Part shown: positions 46,096 to 62,301 of the stretch, one piece after another
Layout of the letters: the number at the start of each line of letters is the position of its first letter
Position numbering within the stretch: the first letter of the stretch is position 1
NCBI GenBank assembly: GCA_012295275.1
Contig: CM022674.1
Coordinates: 682,001-746,000, forward strand
Reading direction: 5' to 3'
DNA from: Chrysomallon squamiferum
Taxonomy: Eukaryota; Animalia; Mollusca
Length of the DNA stretch: 64,000 bases
The notes under the pieces: generated by a model
Databases searched by the model: none
Told to the model about the DNA's origin: nothing
Seen by the model: the letters and a program-made list of their open reading frames with translations, nothing else
Position numbers and translations under genes: made by a program

Positions 46096-46247
<152 letters not shown>

Positions 46248-46755
46248 AATATTTATTTCCAAAAGATTTGCTTATAACATCATTAGTAACAGCAGAACAT
46301 CAAACGTTTTGTTTTATTTTATTTTATTTACGAGAAAAATACGAGAACATCCTTTTTCCAATAAAGGTGGAAGAAGTGTTAGAATCATTCTGTATTTCCG
46401 TGCAAAAACATTTGTTTGTCTGATACGTTTCTTAACAAATATCATTTTTGCTGAATATCAAATTTATCTTTAAAATAAAAATTAAAAAAAAAATAAAACT
46501 CAGAAAATATGGGACCTGCCTACTTCGTACACACAGGCGGTGTAAATGTTAGTTTGATGGGAAATTTCTTCACAGATATATTTATTTCAAAAAATACGGT
46601 TTTGCCCTCGTAGGACGCTGCTTTCAAAAATAAAACATTTTGGCCATATTCTTTATGTGGTGAGAATTCCTGTGCAAAAAAAAAAAATCTTTATTTTGTT
46701 ACACAATAGTTTATCCCCAAAAAATAAAAAAAAAAAAAAAAAAAGAATAAAACGA

Positions 46756-46798
<43 letters not shown>

Positions 46799-47108
46799 AG
46801 AGAAAAAAACGGTATGGAGAGACAGACATGTTTGAATAATATTGTATTGGTTGAATTGGAAGAGAAACCGTGAAAGCGTAAAAAAAATATTTGTTTTGTT
46901 TGCTCTGCAGATTGTTTCATGTTCACATTGTCTCGGTGATCTCTGCAAACTAAGCCGATATTAAAATGTTTAAAATAAAACGAAGAAAATAGAATTACTC
47001 GATGTTTTGATAAAAATAAAATTAAACCACATTAAAGTGCATTTCTGAACTTTTAACGTGAAGGCTTGCGACATGTGAATATCCTGATATTTGTTGTTGT
47101 TGTTGTTG

Positions 47109-47168
<60 letters not shown>

Positions 47169-48176
47169 TTATTGTATATATGAATTCTTGCATTTAATGT
47201 ATGTATGCATGTATGTATGTATGTGTATATGTATGTATGTATGTATGTATGCATGTATGTATGTATTTAATAAAGTGGTATTTGCTTATTTGTTACAAAC
47301 ATGCAAACATCCATACATACATATACACCCACACACATATACTTCCTTACCTAAATCAATACGTTGTGTGTGTATGTGTGTGTGTGTGTGCATGTGTGTC
47401 TGTACGTGTGTCTGTTTCCACATTTTATCCCAGTTACAAGACAGTTGCACTCATCCAACACGGACCGAAAATCCTCAGTCGACAGAACTGGACTCACAAT
47501 GAACTCACAATTAAACCCAGAAGCAGGGCAGTGGGTTCAGCTTTACCTCATTATTCTACAATTGTCCTTATTCCTCCAGCATCCATCCTAGAAAATTGAC
47601 AAAGATTCCTATTCATCGCTTGCCCTTAAAAACCCCAGGTACTCTGTAATTGTCCACAAGCATTCTGCCATCATATATCCTGATTCATTGTCTTCTGTTG
47701 TTCTTCCCATGCGGTTAATGCTTTAATCTCATGTTGCCTGCATGTCCTGAAAGACATAATAATCTTATTGTGGTCCTGCATTAATCCGCAGAGTCAATGG
47801 AAGTGCGGTTATATATTGTTAATATCGGGCGATATTTTTTCACTGGTGTTTTCGTGAAACAATCGACATGTCTGTGTCTTCCATTACTTGTCGTGAATCA
47901 CTTAATCTTTGTTCATACAAGAGAGCTGGGAGTCTCTGTGTGTGCGTGTCTGTGTGTGCGTGTCTCTGTGTGTGCGTGCATGTGACTCCGGCGATGTTAT
48001 TCAGTGCGTTAGATTGAGAGTGAAATTAGGGAAGGAATTTGTTCAATGTTTAGTGCAAGTTTTTTTTTTGTTTTTTTTATTTCGTTTTGTTTGTTTATTT
48101 TTTATTTTTTATTTTGTATGACTATTTAATTGAATAATATATAAAACCATCTACGTTTACTTTATTTTATTTTATT

Positions 48177-48245
<69 letters not shown>

Positions 48246-49724
48246 TCTGAATCTGACAACGACAACGATTATGATAATAACAGCAATTCTCCGTTTCCAT
48301 CAAAAGAAACAACGTTCTGTGTACTGCATTTGTTGTAATCTGTGGTTCTCCTGGTCTGTCTCACTTCTATACAGACATGCATGAGTTAATTATTATTTTC
48401 CTGATCTAGAATGAAAAATAAACTGACTAAAAATCAGTCAGTAAATAAACAAGTAAATGAATAACAATAAACAAAAAACAAATAAATAAATAAACAAACA
48501 AATAAATAAATAAATAAATAAAAACATAAATAAACAAATAAATAATAAAATAACAAAATAAAATATTATAAAATGACACAGAAAAGGAAGTAAAGGATCT
48601 AATTATGAAAAAAAAAAAAAAAAATAAATTAATGAAATAAAATAAAACCAACAAATCCCATTGTATTTCTTAGTTCAAAAACAAGACGTTCTATAAATAG
48701 AAACGTTTTAATCCAGTCACGGTTAGGGACCTCCTAAAACGCGGATCTCAACTGGACACGGAAGGTGACGTATAATCGTTGACTCAACATATTTGAGCTT
48801 TGATCTACATCCTCGTGGACGGAATATCCGCCGCGGACACAGACGTCGTTGTGAATGTTGCAAGTCAGTGTTTGTTTCCGCATTCTGTGCTGATAGAAAT
48901 CTTGTGTGCGAGTCAATTCGCTCAACAGAATGGTAAACAAAAAGAGTGACCAAATGTTACATGAGTGTACCACGTGGCCGCCCACGTGACCAAAGTCTCT
49001 GAGCAGTCTTTATTTGGTACTTGTAACTCGTGTGATGAAATCAGTATGCAGATGTTTTAGATGATACTGTAAGATACAAAAATAAATAATTTTAATAATA
49101 AACACGAACAAAAAAAACAAATTTAATAGAAAAAGTATCTAATATGTGTGCAATTACATTTATTTACAATAAACAAGCAAGAACAAAAATAAATAAATTG
49201 ATACATTTAGTATAAAGATATTTGTTCATTTAAATATAAAGAAGAAATGAATGGATAAATTTACAAATATAGTATATTTCCAAAGAAAAATAAATATATA
49301 AATAAACAACAATTCTGATAGACTAAGACAGCAGTTACATTCAGACATACTAAAACAAAAGAAAAGAAAAGAAAGTGAAAAAAAAAAAAATGGAAACAAA
49401 GATAAAAATACAATTGTTGTAGCTAAGGCATCCAAGGATTCTAGATCAATTTTCACCTATTCGGATATCTTTTGTTAGCAACCGACCCATGAATGTGTTT
49501 TCATTTGACATTTGACATATCTCATTTCATGAAAAAAGAAAACAAGTGTACAGACAGAGAGACAAACAGACAGATAGGTAGGTAGGTAGGTAGATAGAGA
49601 AATAGATAGATAGAGCGACAGAGAGACAAATACAAATACAGAGACATACAATACACGCATAATTAAATATAAATAAAATAATTACTTCTAAGGAGATTTT
49701 TTAAATCTATTTGATAGGCGATGA

Positions 49725-49819
<95 letters not shown>

Positions 49820-50298
49820 ATAACAGAAAATTAGCAAAAATATTAGAAAAAAAGAAAAACAAAGAAACGGCAAGGTGAAATAAAAACATAAAAACTGCAC
49901 AAAGACGGAAAAGAGGAAGTTAACGTATGTGAGAAACTCCGTCACCAGATGGCGTTCATTTCCTGATCCAATATGCAGAGGCCACGTCTGTGTGCTGTAG
50001 AAACAGCGAGAAGGAAGACGTTTCGTGTGCACGTCAGCAACTCTGCAAAGCATATTTGGCACCTCCCAGAAGTGTGACCGTGTCTCTTTGATGTCAGGCG
50101 TTGTTGCCGTGTCGGAACGTGAAACCAGGGCAGGAGCAAACTCGTCATGGTTGGGAGACACAAGATTCTGGGGGGGGGACTCAATATTTAAATGTGATGA
50201 TGTTTGATTTTGTTCTTTTCTTATCGCATGTTCTTCCTGTTATCTATCTATCTATCTATATTTCTATCTATCTATCTATCTATATATCTATCTTTCTA

Positions 50299-50357
<59 letters not shown>

Positions 50358-50376
50358 ATATATATATATAGTCGGT

Positions 50377-50880
50377 TATATAATATTTATCTGTATTTCT
50401 GTATTTGTATGTCTGTAAATCTCTTTATATAATATTTATCTGTATTTCTCTGTATTTGTATGTCTGTAAATCTCTTTATATAATATTTATCTGTATTCCT
50501 CTGTATTTATATGTCTGTAAATCTCTTTATATAATATTTATATTTTGTATTTATATGTCTGTAAATCTCTTTATATAATATTTATCTGTATTTCTCTGTA
50601 TTTGTATGTCTGTAAATATCTTTAAAATATTTAATTCCTCTGTATTTTATGTCTGTAAATATCTTTATATAATATTTGTCTGTATTTCTCTGTATTTGTA
50701 TGTCTGTAAATATCTTTATATAATATTTATCTGTATTCCTCTGTATTTGTATGTCTGTAAATCTATTTATATAATATTTATCTGTATTTGAATGTCTGTA
50801 AATCTCTTATATAATATTTATCTGTATTCCTCTGTATTTGAATGTCTGTAAGTCTCTTATAAAAGATTTAACTGTATTTG
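50377..50880. repeat. ~51-bp minisatellite, about 10 copies
   Basis: Unit tataatatttatctgtatttctctgtatttgtatgtctgtaaatctcttta repeated in tandem with small deletions. Confidence 0.85.
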
Positions 50881-51864
50881 TCTGTAGCTGATTGTCTCAA
50901 AATTTCATTCTATAATTCACTGTCTCCTTGACCTCATTCTCCACCTCTCTGTCTGTCATTTCGTTTTTGTCAGTGACTGTCTGTATTTCTGTATGTCTGT
51001 CATTTTTGCACGTCCGTCCTTGTCTGTCCTCTTCTTACACTCAAAATTAAACTTTATTTACTTCATTTGGACATAATGCTGTCATGTTTACCTAGCTTTA
51101 AAAAGAGAAAAACAAATAAAAATAAGATGAAGAAGAAAAAAGAAAAAGAAAAAGAAAACTGAAAACGAGACGGACTATTTCGCAGTAACCCGGTTGTCCT
51201 TTGCGGCACTTCAAGTGATGAGCGGTATTCTCGGGTTCACACGAGTCAAGACGTTTTCCTGTTTGTACGAGTTTTTTTTAACTCCGTGTTTTAGGTGTTC
51301 CACATGCGTTTGGGAAATGCGTCACAGAAACACAAATAAACAAGAGAGTTCTAGAAAGAAAACCACCATCATCAAAGACGAATCACCGTCAAGAACCGAC
51401 TTAGACCATTGCTGATGGACATGATTCGTTGGTTTAAAAGTACACCACAGAAAAAAAGAAAAAATTTAAAAAAGAAAAGAATTAGAAAAAAAAAAAATAG
51501 AAGGAAATAAGAAGAAAGAAACAGAGAAAGGAAAATGAGAAAGAGTGACAAATATAACGAGAAAGAAAAAAATTAAATTATACACATTAATATGACTAGC
51601 GTGTGTTTCTGTTAGTACGCATTCTTCTTCATCCTCTGTCGATGTATTTATCTCTTTTAAGGATCTCTGGCAAGAATCTGTAACTATACACACAGATATA
51701 TACCAGTAAACATGCGTGGACACTCAGACACGTATACAAGAAAATAAAATAAAAAAGATTAAATTAAAAAAATATTTACTCTGAGTACACATTTCCTTAG
51801 AGATAGTAGTAATAATAATAATTATTATTATTATTAAATTGTTATTAAATAAAACAAAATAATG

Positions 51865-51927
<63 letters not shown>

Positions 51928-52225
51928 TTCATCAGGTTGTATGAGTAACTCTTGAAATGTTTGGCACACTCTCTTCTGAATAATTGTCTGTCTTCTGATC
52001 TGGAGTAATAAATTATCGAGGTCAAGGTGAGTTTGGGAAGACACTGGTTAGGGAATGTACGGTTCTTGATCATAAATCTATGGAAGAACATCGATGGAGG
52101 ATGTAATAATAGTATCTTTAATTTAAAGTTGTTGTAGTTGTTGTTGTTTTCTTTTGTTTCTATTGTTTTGTGTTATTTTGTGGGTTTTTTTTTTTGTGGG
52201 GGGTCATTAAAAAAAAAAAAAAAAC

Positions 52226-52380
52226 ATAATCCACCCAAAATGCAGCTAAAACATCACCCATGTTTGTGGTCAAACTGACCACACGCCATATTAAAAACAC
52301 GCTAATCCCGCACAAACAGAAGTCAGGACTATGAGGTCAGTGTTTCTTTCATTCACGGCCAAAGTCAATTTTTGTTTCAA
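52226..52380 (+). repeat. Left copy of a ~155-bp inverted repeat (partner at 58317-58471)
   Basis: ataatccacccaaaatgcagctaaaacatcacccatgtttgtggtcaaactgaccacacgccatattaaaaacacgctaatccc...aaagtcaattt is reverse-complemented with few mismatches at 58317-58471. Confidence 0.9.
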
Positions 52381-52623
52381 ATCTTTGGCCATACCTGAAG
52401 GTTAATGACTGGGGTCAGATCTGATGCCTGGGCAGCTACCTCTTCATATTAGCTTATACAGGTCATTGTGTAAACAGTAAGATAGAAAAAACTGATGAAT
52501 AGATGCATGCATGGATGTATGTGTATGTACGTGTGTATGTGTGTTTGTATGTATGTATGTATGTACGTATGTATGTATATATGTATGTATGTATGTATAT
52601 ATATATGGGTATGTATATATATA

Positions 52624-52654
<31 letters not shown>

Positions 52655-53251
52655 TTGTGTGAAGGTACCTATGTATGTAAGCAGAGAATTTATGTGTATG
52701 TATGTGTGTGCATGTGTGTGCATATACGTATGTACTTATGTAAACATCTATTCATGGATGTAATGTATTTGTAAAAACTGTATATGTTCGCACCTGTTTA
52801 CAAAAATAAAAAAATAAAAATCTATTCAGTGTTATAAATAGATCACAAACATGCATTCAGAATGTAAAAAAGCCATCAATTCAATATTAGCGACAGTTTG
52901 CTCCTAAGGAGAATGCGACACTAAACTCATTCGGTTGTCGAGTTTAATGTTGACAGTTGACCTTTCTCGAAACGGCAGACACAATATAACGTCTGTGAAA
53001 ATGACCACGCCAGTTCCGTTTAATTAAGGCAAGTAAACAAGCGTTTATTTACCAGTCGACAAAATTACTGCATGTCACAACGAGGCGTGTTGTGTTTCGT
53101 GTGTGTGTCAGGCAGGCGTAACTTCCGCTGAGAAACCAGTCTTGCCACCATATTGACAAACGACAAAAAAACACAAATGAAAACATGGCCTAATTTGTCG
53201 CAATAACTAATTGACTTTTTTTTCTCTCTCTTATTTAAATTTTTAAATTAC

Positions 53252-53287
<36 letters not shown>

Positions 53288-54292
53288 TCTTTTTTGTTGT
53301 TGTTGATATTAATATTATTTTATTTTACTTCATAATTATGTTTGATTTAATTAAAGACAATTATTATGACTAGTTTAGTAAACTGAAAATGCTTGAATTT
53401 CACTTCCAATTAATTTAGCAGATTTTATAAAAGCAATTTTTATTTTAAAATGATTTAACCCCTTTCTTTTAGTCTTATTTTCTATTTAGATAACATTATA
53501 TTAAGTCAGTTACTAAGATAAAACAAACATAACAAATATTTGAATCTACGGATTCATATTATCTGAAAATTAAAACTTTAATTCCAGTTTAAAGTTTATA
53601 AAGAATGAGACATCCAAGCTCTTTTTGTCGTTATGTATTTATTTACATTAATTTTCATTCAATGCTGTAAATAACTGAATACCGTATTGTCCATAATAAA
53701 ATGTTAAGTGCAATTTAAACGTCATTTCCAGTCTAACGTGTTTCACATTTACGTCACAGAAACGTATACGTTACGCGAGGCGTAAATGTTTGACGTGGAC
53801 GTCGGCAATTAACATGCAAACGACAACGTCGTCCGCGTGTTTGACGTCGGTTAATAACCAAAAGGCGTCAGGAAACAAGGAAACCTGAGTGTTTTATTAA
53901 ATAAACGAAACGGGCGTGGTGTTGTTTGTTCGTTTTAATAAAACTGCGATCTTTAGCACTGGAAAATATTGTCAAGTTTATGAGGGCTCGTATTAAAAGG
54001 TGCTCGGTAATATTAATGATTATTACGTGTCAAAATAATTATTATTCTATTTTTGCTGATTATTTTTTTTTAGGGGCTTTGGTTTGTTGTTTCTGTTTTT
54101 GTTGTTGTTGATTGTTTTATTTCTTTTTTAATGTGTGTGTATGTATATTTATGTATGTATTTATGTACAGATCTATGTCTCTGTGTTTGTACATGTTTTT
54201 GAGTGTGTGTATGTTTATGTATACTTGTATACAGGGATATTTTGCATGTATATTCTATATATTTATTTTCATATTCTCTCTTTCTTACGCAC

Positions 54293-54326
<34 letters not shown>

Positions 54327-54370
54327 ACATATCCTCATTTTCTGAGTGCATTCTATCCTTCATCTTATTC

Positions 54371-54408
<38 letters not shown>

Positions 54409-54697
54409 ACAGAATACACAGATATATTAGTTTTCTCATAGTGATAGCAGTGGTAGTAAAAGTAGAAGTAGTATTAATACTAATGATAGTAGTAGAAGTA
54501 GTAATAGCAGTAGTAGTAGTTATAGTGATAGTAGTAGGAGTAGTACTGGTAGTACTAGTACTAATACTAGTAGTAATAATAATAATAGATTTATAAATCG
54601 TTATTTCATTTTTTCGTGCAACTGTACTTGCATGTTCACTGAGACAAATTATATCTTTACGTTTGTGTACGGTGGCGGAACACTCCACAAAAAGACT

Positions 54698-54732
<35 letters not shown>

Positions 54733-57031
54733 CAAACGTTTGGAGATAAGTAAATATTTTAACTTTGAAAACAGTAGCGGAAGATTTAGCAACACCTCAG
54801 AGATTTTTTTTTTTTTTTTTTTTTTTCTGTAGCTGTTTGGGGAGCTTGCTTGCAGAAAACGAGCCAAAGAACGTTTGTGGTAATTTACGTTAATCCTCAT
54901 TAGCGACAGTCTTAAACCCGGAAGACGCCCAGAGTTATCTGCAGACTGGCTGCACAGCGGATGTTACGCTGCAAGGATTAGGCGTTGCGCCTTTTCTAAC
55001 GACACCACCTGCTGCCGGTCGAGGAAAATTCAAAAAGAGAGGTCTTCAAAGTCAGAAAAAAAGTACATGTCCAAGGTTAATACGCAAGTCTGGGAATGTA
55101 GGAAGTTTTTATATTTTTTTATGTGTATATTTTTTTTATTTTTCTTCGAAAATTTCTGTTTGTTCGTCTATATTTGTTAACTCATGAAGGTATTTTAGCT
55201 ATTTCTGGAAAATGAGGAGAGAGAAAAGAAACCAAGATTCTCTAAAATTATGGGGAAATAGATGATGTGAAATAAATTTAATACACTTTAAATAAAGACA
55301 CAAGAGACACAAATATTGTGGCGTGATACCCTGTCCAAACAATTAATACCCATTTTTTTCTTTTTTTTTGATATCTCTACCCGGGCACCTACCTCACCTG
55401 CATTACCTTTAATCCCCTACCGAATACATTACACCACACCACACCCACTTGTTTTTCCTAATTCCTAACATTTAAATATATATATATATGTATATATTTG
55501 ATTTTTTTTCCTCACTTCTTTTCCAATTTTAGCAGCACAAGCCGAAACCTAGTTTACACTTAAACTTAATCATATTGACATTGTTTTTCTCTCGTTTTGC
55601 TAATGAGTGGGAGTACATACGTTGTGATGTTAAAATCAATTTTGTTAAATTTGCCACTCCATTGATAAACATTTGACTTACTCTGGTACAGAACTGTATC
55701 ACAGAACTCGAGTACTGGCCAGGAAATCAAAAACAATTATAACTTTAAAAACATTCGGAGAATATTGTTTGAATGTTGTTTTTTGTTGTCATTGTTCTTG
55801 CTGTTGTTGTTCATTATTATTAGTAGTAGTAGTAGTATTATTGTTGTTGTTGTTGTTGTTGTTGTTGTTACTGTTGTTATTTTTGTGGTTATTATTATTA
55901 CTGCTGCTGTATTTTAAAATGTGATATGTTGTTATCGCATTGTTCCTGCTGTTATACATTTCTTTAAAATTTACACAGTTTACTAATTTCAAGATTTTTT
56001 TTTTTTTGTTACTATTTAAAAATGTATTATTGTCTAATAATTCAGTTTAAATAAATAAATAAATAAATAAATGAAATCGGCAGATGACAATCAGCTGATG
56101 GGATATATTTGAAAACATGTCAGATAATTCGTTCAGTTTGTTTAATTACATCTCTACTTTTTTCTTAATTTTTTAACTTACCTTTCTGAATTTCAAACCC
56201 TTTCCTTTAAATAGCACCCAAAACAAAAAGTGTTCATTGCTGACATAATAAAAAGCGTTTAATCAATGACGTTTTACTTTTAGCGTAAACAAACTTTTCG
56301 CCGAATTCCTTTATTAATTTATTTATTTATGTATTATATATATATATTTTTTTTTTTTTTTTTTTTTTTTTGAATTTCTAAAAGAGTAAATAATGGCGTC
56401 TATTAATTCTAAGTTAATATAGATGAAAAGAATAAATTTATAGATAGATGGATAGATATCAGTTTCTGTTTCTTTTCGTTTCTCCATTTTGTTTAATAAT
56501 TTTTATAAATCTTTATTCGCTAAGACTTTACTTCTTCTCAAAATCACCCAAAATTGCTTGTTATTAATTAATTAATTAATTTATTTATTTTATGTTATTT
56601 TATTTTATTTTATTTTATTTTATTTTATTTCTTATTGTTACTTTTTTATTATTAGATTTGATTTTTTTTCCCTTCTTTTTATATATGCATATTCAGAGTG
56701 CACCAACTAAACTTTCAAAGTTTCTCTAAAAATTCAATATTTATTTGTGAGTATTTTTGGATTTTACAAAAACGATATAAAAAGGCGTTTCTAGCTAAGA
56801 AAAAAGAGTTACGTACTCAAATACTCTTGGGAGGTGGCGTGAATCTGGAACAGTGCTAAATTTCGTACAGTCATAAAAATCTTCTTTCTATTTTTTCCTT
56901 TTGTTGTTTTGTAGACGTAAATAATATGCACATAACTGTGTAACGGATTGTCCGAATAACACTTGAAGGCGAAAGGTTTTACTTCCACTTTTTATGGGTT
57001 TTTTTTTTGTTTTTATTATTATTATTATTAT

Positions 57032-57099
<68 letters not shown>

Positions 57100-57417
57100 A
57101 TTATTATTATTATTTATTTTGTTCTTATTATTTTTATTTATTCATTTATTATTATTTGTAATAGTAGTAGTAGTTTTTTTTAGTTTTTTTTATCGTTTTT
57201 GTTTTGTTTATTTGTTATTCATTTATTTATTTTTTGTTATTGTTGTTATTAAATTTATCTACGTATCTAAATGTCTGTCTATTTCTCCATGTGTCTGCCT
57301 GTGTACCTATATGTCTATCTTTTTACCTATCTGTCTATCATTATATCTATCCATCCATCTGTCTGTCTGTCAGTGTGACTGTCTAAGTGTCTATAGAAGA
57401 TAAATATCTCTCGCTCT

Positions 57418-57532
<115 letters not shown>

Positions 57533-58316
57533 AATAGTTAGTGTGACAGACATAGTAACAGAGTTGTGTGATTTTCGGATTTACGAGTCGTACGTTTCTG
57601 TCTACAACGATTCAATTGTCTGACGAACTCGGGCGGGAAAGGAAAAAAAAAATGGGCGAAGTTCCGCACTAAATATTTTGTGTTTTTCTATTCGTCAGGG
57701 TCAGATTTGTTACCGGGGCGATTTGAGGGCGAGAGGTTTCAACAACAGAAACCATTGTTCTGCAAAGATTTCTGAGATTACGAAGGAGGAAGAAAAATGA
57801 TGAGAGGATGTTACTTTTTCACCTAAAATTTGTGAAAACCACGTTAATGCGAGAAGCGCTGAAAGACGCCATTTTGTGTCCAAATAATTATTTACAAGAC
57901 AAACGAAATTGTTTTCCTCGCCTCTGTGTTGAAAACCTTGAAATTAATGAGCACAACATTTGTATGATTGTTTCTCTGGAAAAAAAAAATAAAAATAAGA
58001 GAAAACAAAACAAAACGAAAAGGAAAACAATAGAAAAAAAGAAAGAAAATAATTAAATAACAGAAAATTTAAGTTAATTTTTGCAAGCATGTTTAAAATT
58101 GTATCGTTATTATTATTATTATAATTATCATATCATCGTCATCGTTGTTGTTGTTGTTGTTGTTATTATTATTTATTACTGTTTGTCTGTCTGACTGTCT
58201 CTGCCCATCGATAGATCTATCCATCTATCTATAATCTATCTATCCATCTATCTATTATCTATCTATCCATCTATCTATCCATCTATCTATTATCTATCTA
58301 TATATCTCTCTCACTC

Positions 58317-58471
58317 TTGAATACAAAATTGACTTTGGCTGTGAATGAAAGAAACACTGACCTCATAGTTCTGACTTCTGTTTGTACGGGATTAGCGTGT
58401 TTTTAATATGGCGTGTGGTCAGTTTGACCACAAACATGGGTGATATTTTAGTTGCATTTTGGATGGATTAT
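58317..58471 (-). repeat. Right copy of a ~155-bp inverted repeat (partner at 52226-52380)
   Basis: Reverse complement of 52226-52380 with scattered substitutions. Confidence 0.9.
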
Positions 58472-58876
58472 CTCTCTCTCTCTCAGTTCTCAATTTTATC
58501 TTTTGACTCAGTGGAAATTATTATCACGATGACGTGAGACGTTGCAATGCTGCTCTGTTTTTGCAAACGATGACGCGTTGTCCTGTACGCTTGTTTCTTC
58601 ACGCTTTTCACGTCTTCATTCGCGCATTCCCTGCACGACCAGCACCTGCTCATGCATTCTGGGCGCGTGCAGAATCTGTGTGTGAAACAACAGACCCACA
58701 GACAACCAGCGCAAGAACAAGAACTGAGCTGGTCCCGAAGGACAAAGATGAAGAGAGGCGGGTTAAAGTTTGCAGGGAAGGGCTAGTGTGGAATCAGCTG
58801 TTTTAAGAATGCAGCAGTTAAATAATTTTCTGTAGATCGGCTATCACAGCAACGGCTGGATCGGTATGTGTGTGTG

Positions 58877-59002
<126 letters not shown>

Positions 59003-59516
59003 ACACACACACACACACACGGAGAAATACCAGACAAGAACAACAGAAAGAAAAACAACACAACCGACGTTTAGCATAAAAAGAATCTTAAAACAAAACT
59101 ACAGCATCAAAACACAGTACACCCTGCACATTACACAGTACACTGCACATTACACAGTATACACTGAACATTAAACAGTACACACTGAACATTACTTATC
59201 GACGGTGTAGGCTTCAGGCTGTTTGAACAGAGGGCAAAAAAAAAAAAGTCGTATACAAGAATTCAGACACGTAGAAAAATTCACGTCTACAGAATCAATA
59301 GTTTGAGTATATTTGACAGAGATAAACCGGCACACTTGTCACATTTGAGCAGATCGTTGTCACTGTAAGGCAAGTGATGAAACTGAGTTAGAAGAAATGA
59401 AATCACACAGGTATGTGAGCCTGGAATAAAACACACACCGAGTAGACCTTGTGTCATTCATTGTATGATAAATACAGCGTGTTGTAATATTGTATGTGTG
59501 TATTTGATTTTATCTT

Positions 59517-59566
<50 letters not shown>

Positions 59567-60269
59567 GCAATATCTATCAAACTCTCTATCTCTATTTTAT
59601 ATATATATATATGTCGAAAGTTTGATATATATATCTATACAAACAGACAGATTTATAGATAGATATGGACAGACTGAATATCTTTCTTTCTATTTATCTA
59701 TTTTATATCTATCTATATATCTATCTATCTATCGAAATATTGATATATATATATATATGTATGTATGTATAGATATATATATATATTGACAGACAAACGG
59801 ACAGATCTGTCTGTCTGGTCCGTTTATCCACCACTCTCAGGTAGATGGATGTATGGACAAATGGATCGATCGACGGACTGAAAGACAGACAGAAAACAGA
59901 CAGACAAAATCACCCAGACAGAAAGTCGTCTAGACAGATAGATAGATAGGTAGATAGATTTATTCTGAACTAGCAGTTTTGACAAAAATGACGAATAAGA
60001 AGAGAAAAATGAAGATGATTTTCAAATGGTAGACGAAATAAACAAAGAAGTGAAAGAAAAAATAAAAAAAAAAAAGAGAAAGATAATCGTCTAATGTTTG
60101 AACCTTTTTATTCTGAACTCTAACGATAATTTTGTCATATGACGTCATTACCAGTTCAATGAAATCCAATTCTTTTTTAAACAGAAACAAACAGTTAAAA
60201 CAAAAAAATGTAATCATGAAGAAGAAGACGAGAATCAAAACCATCTGTTACCACAGCACTCTAGTCTCT

Positions 60270-60381
<112 letters not shown>

Positions 60382-60662
60382 GTTTACTAAAAAAATGTGT
60401 ACGTTACTTGTAAACCGTAGCAAATTATATAATTTCAAAATGCAATTTAATTTCATTACATTGGTTATCGGCACGTTTAATCTTTATTTCTATTAAAATA
60501 ATAAATAAATGCGCTGTTTCACAGTAATTCTTTTTTTAAAGCGTTGTTTTTTTACCATCTTTCAGACCATATAAAAATTTTAAAATTAATTTTACGATCT
60601 TTTCTTAATAAGTTACAAAAAGTCTGTTCAAGAAATATCAGGACTCGCTGACATTAAAGTCC

Positions 60663-60705
<43 letters not shown>

Positions 60706-62076
60706 TATGTGTGTGTGTGTGGCTGTGTATATGTGTGTGTGTGTGCGTGTGTTTGTGTGTGGGTGTGCGTGGGTGTGCGTGGGTTTGTTATTACCTCAGT
60801 CGCTATGTTGAACCGCTCCACCTAAACTAACTAACATTGTCTTTAAAAAATAATTAAATAAAAAAGTCTCCATCTAAAAACTACGATACCTTTCAAACTA
60901 ACCTACTACCGATACTTCTACCACGAAGCTGTTCGAAACAAGGTCAAGGCCGACTTTACACATCACACGTAATCCGTCTCGATTTTTCTTTTTCCTCTGA
61001 TGACGTTTTAGCTAGCAAACACGATATTTATTTAGCAATTACTCGAAGCTACCTAGGACTCATTAGCGATCACTGCGGAAAGATTGAAGCCAGATAGAGG
61101 ATTAAGACTGAGAATCAAATTAAAGATTTATTTGGCACGATATAGTTTGAGGTAAACCTGGGTATACATTACGATTATTTAGTTTCAAATGAAGACGATA
61201 GTTAGCCAGATTTTCCAGAGGTTTAAAGATATCATGAATGCAAAGAGATCGTTTTTGATTGCGAAGACTGAAAGGGAAATGATAATGTTCAAAAATAAAA
61301 TAATAAAGTGCAACTAGCTTGAGAAAGAATAAACAAATAAATATTAATGTAGAAAGTCCCACCCTCTAACCATTGCGGTGCGGTAAAATCTCGATAAAAT
61401 GTTTCATAATAAAATTTTACAATTTTCATTTGAAAAAAAATAGTTGTAAGTTAATAAAATAAAATAAATGGAATGATAATAATAACAACCCAACAAAATA
61501 ATAATAATAAGAAAAAAAAATTAAATTAAAAAATAATGATAATAAAATAAAAGGCAAAAAAAAAAATAATAATAAAACAAAAAAATAAAATAATAAGTAA
61601 ACAAATTATATAAAAAAAATAATAATAATAATAATAAAAGGACATCGGAAGTATTCGCGACTTTCCGACAACATTAATCTAATAAACATCTTGGGCGTAA
61701 ACTGTCGAATGTCACAAGCGACGCCGAAAACACAGGAATCGTTTCAAATAATGGATTTACTTTGGCGTCGTTCGCAAAGACCCGAAATTCTCCGTTTCAT
61801 TACGTAATATCACGGATTAATCCGAAAGCATGTTGGCCAGTTATCGACAAAAATCTGGCACTGATATTTTTTTTACGTTACGCCTGCAAGTTGCCTTTAT
61901 TTGTCTACACACCCATTTTTTCTTTTTTGTTATTCAAACCAAAAAATATTTTTATTGAAGGGTGAAAAAAAATGATTTATGTAAATATACGGAGTTGTTT
62001 TCTTTGTTAAATTTGGCAGGCTTCGTGACAGACTTTCGGTTGATAGTTATATGATTATATGAACAAGATCTTGGAA

Positions 62077-62148
<72 letters not shown>

Positions 62149-62251
62149 TTTATTCTTTATTGATATAATCATTTATTTTAAAGGTTTTTTTCTATGTATT
62201 TACTTAATTTCTTAATTCTTCTTCTTCTTCTTCTTCTTCTTCTTCTTCATC

Positions 62252-62301
<50 letters not shown>

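Noticed and set aside
47410-47900. Complex-sequence stretch that might be an exon or retroelement fragment
   Set aside because: No sustained ORF or recognisable RT/transposase motif in the frames inspected.
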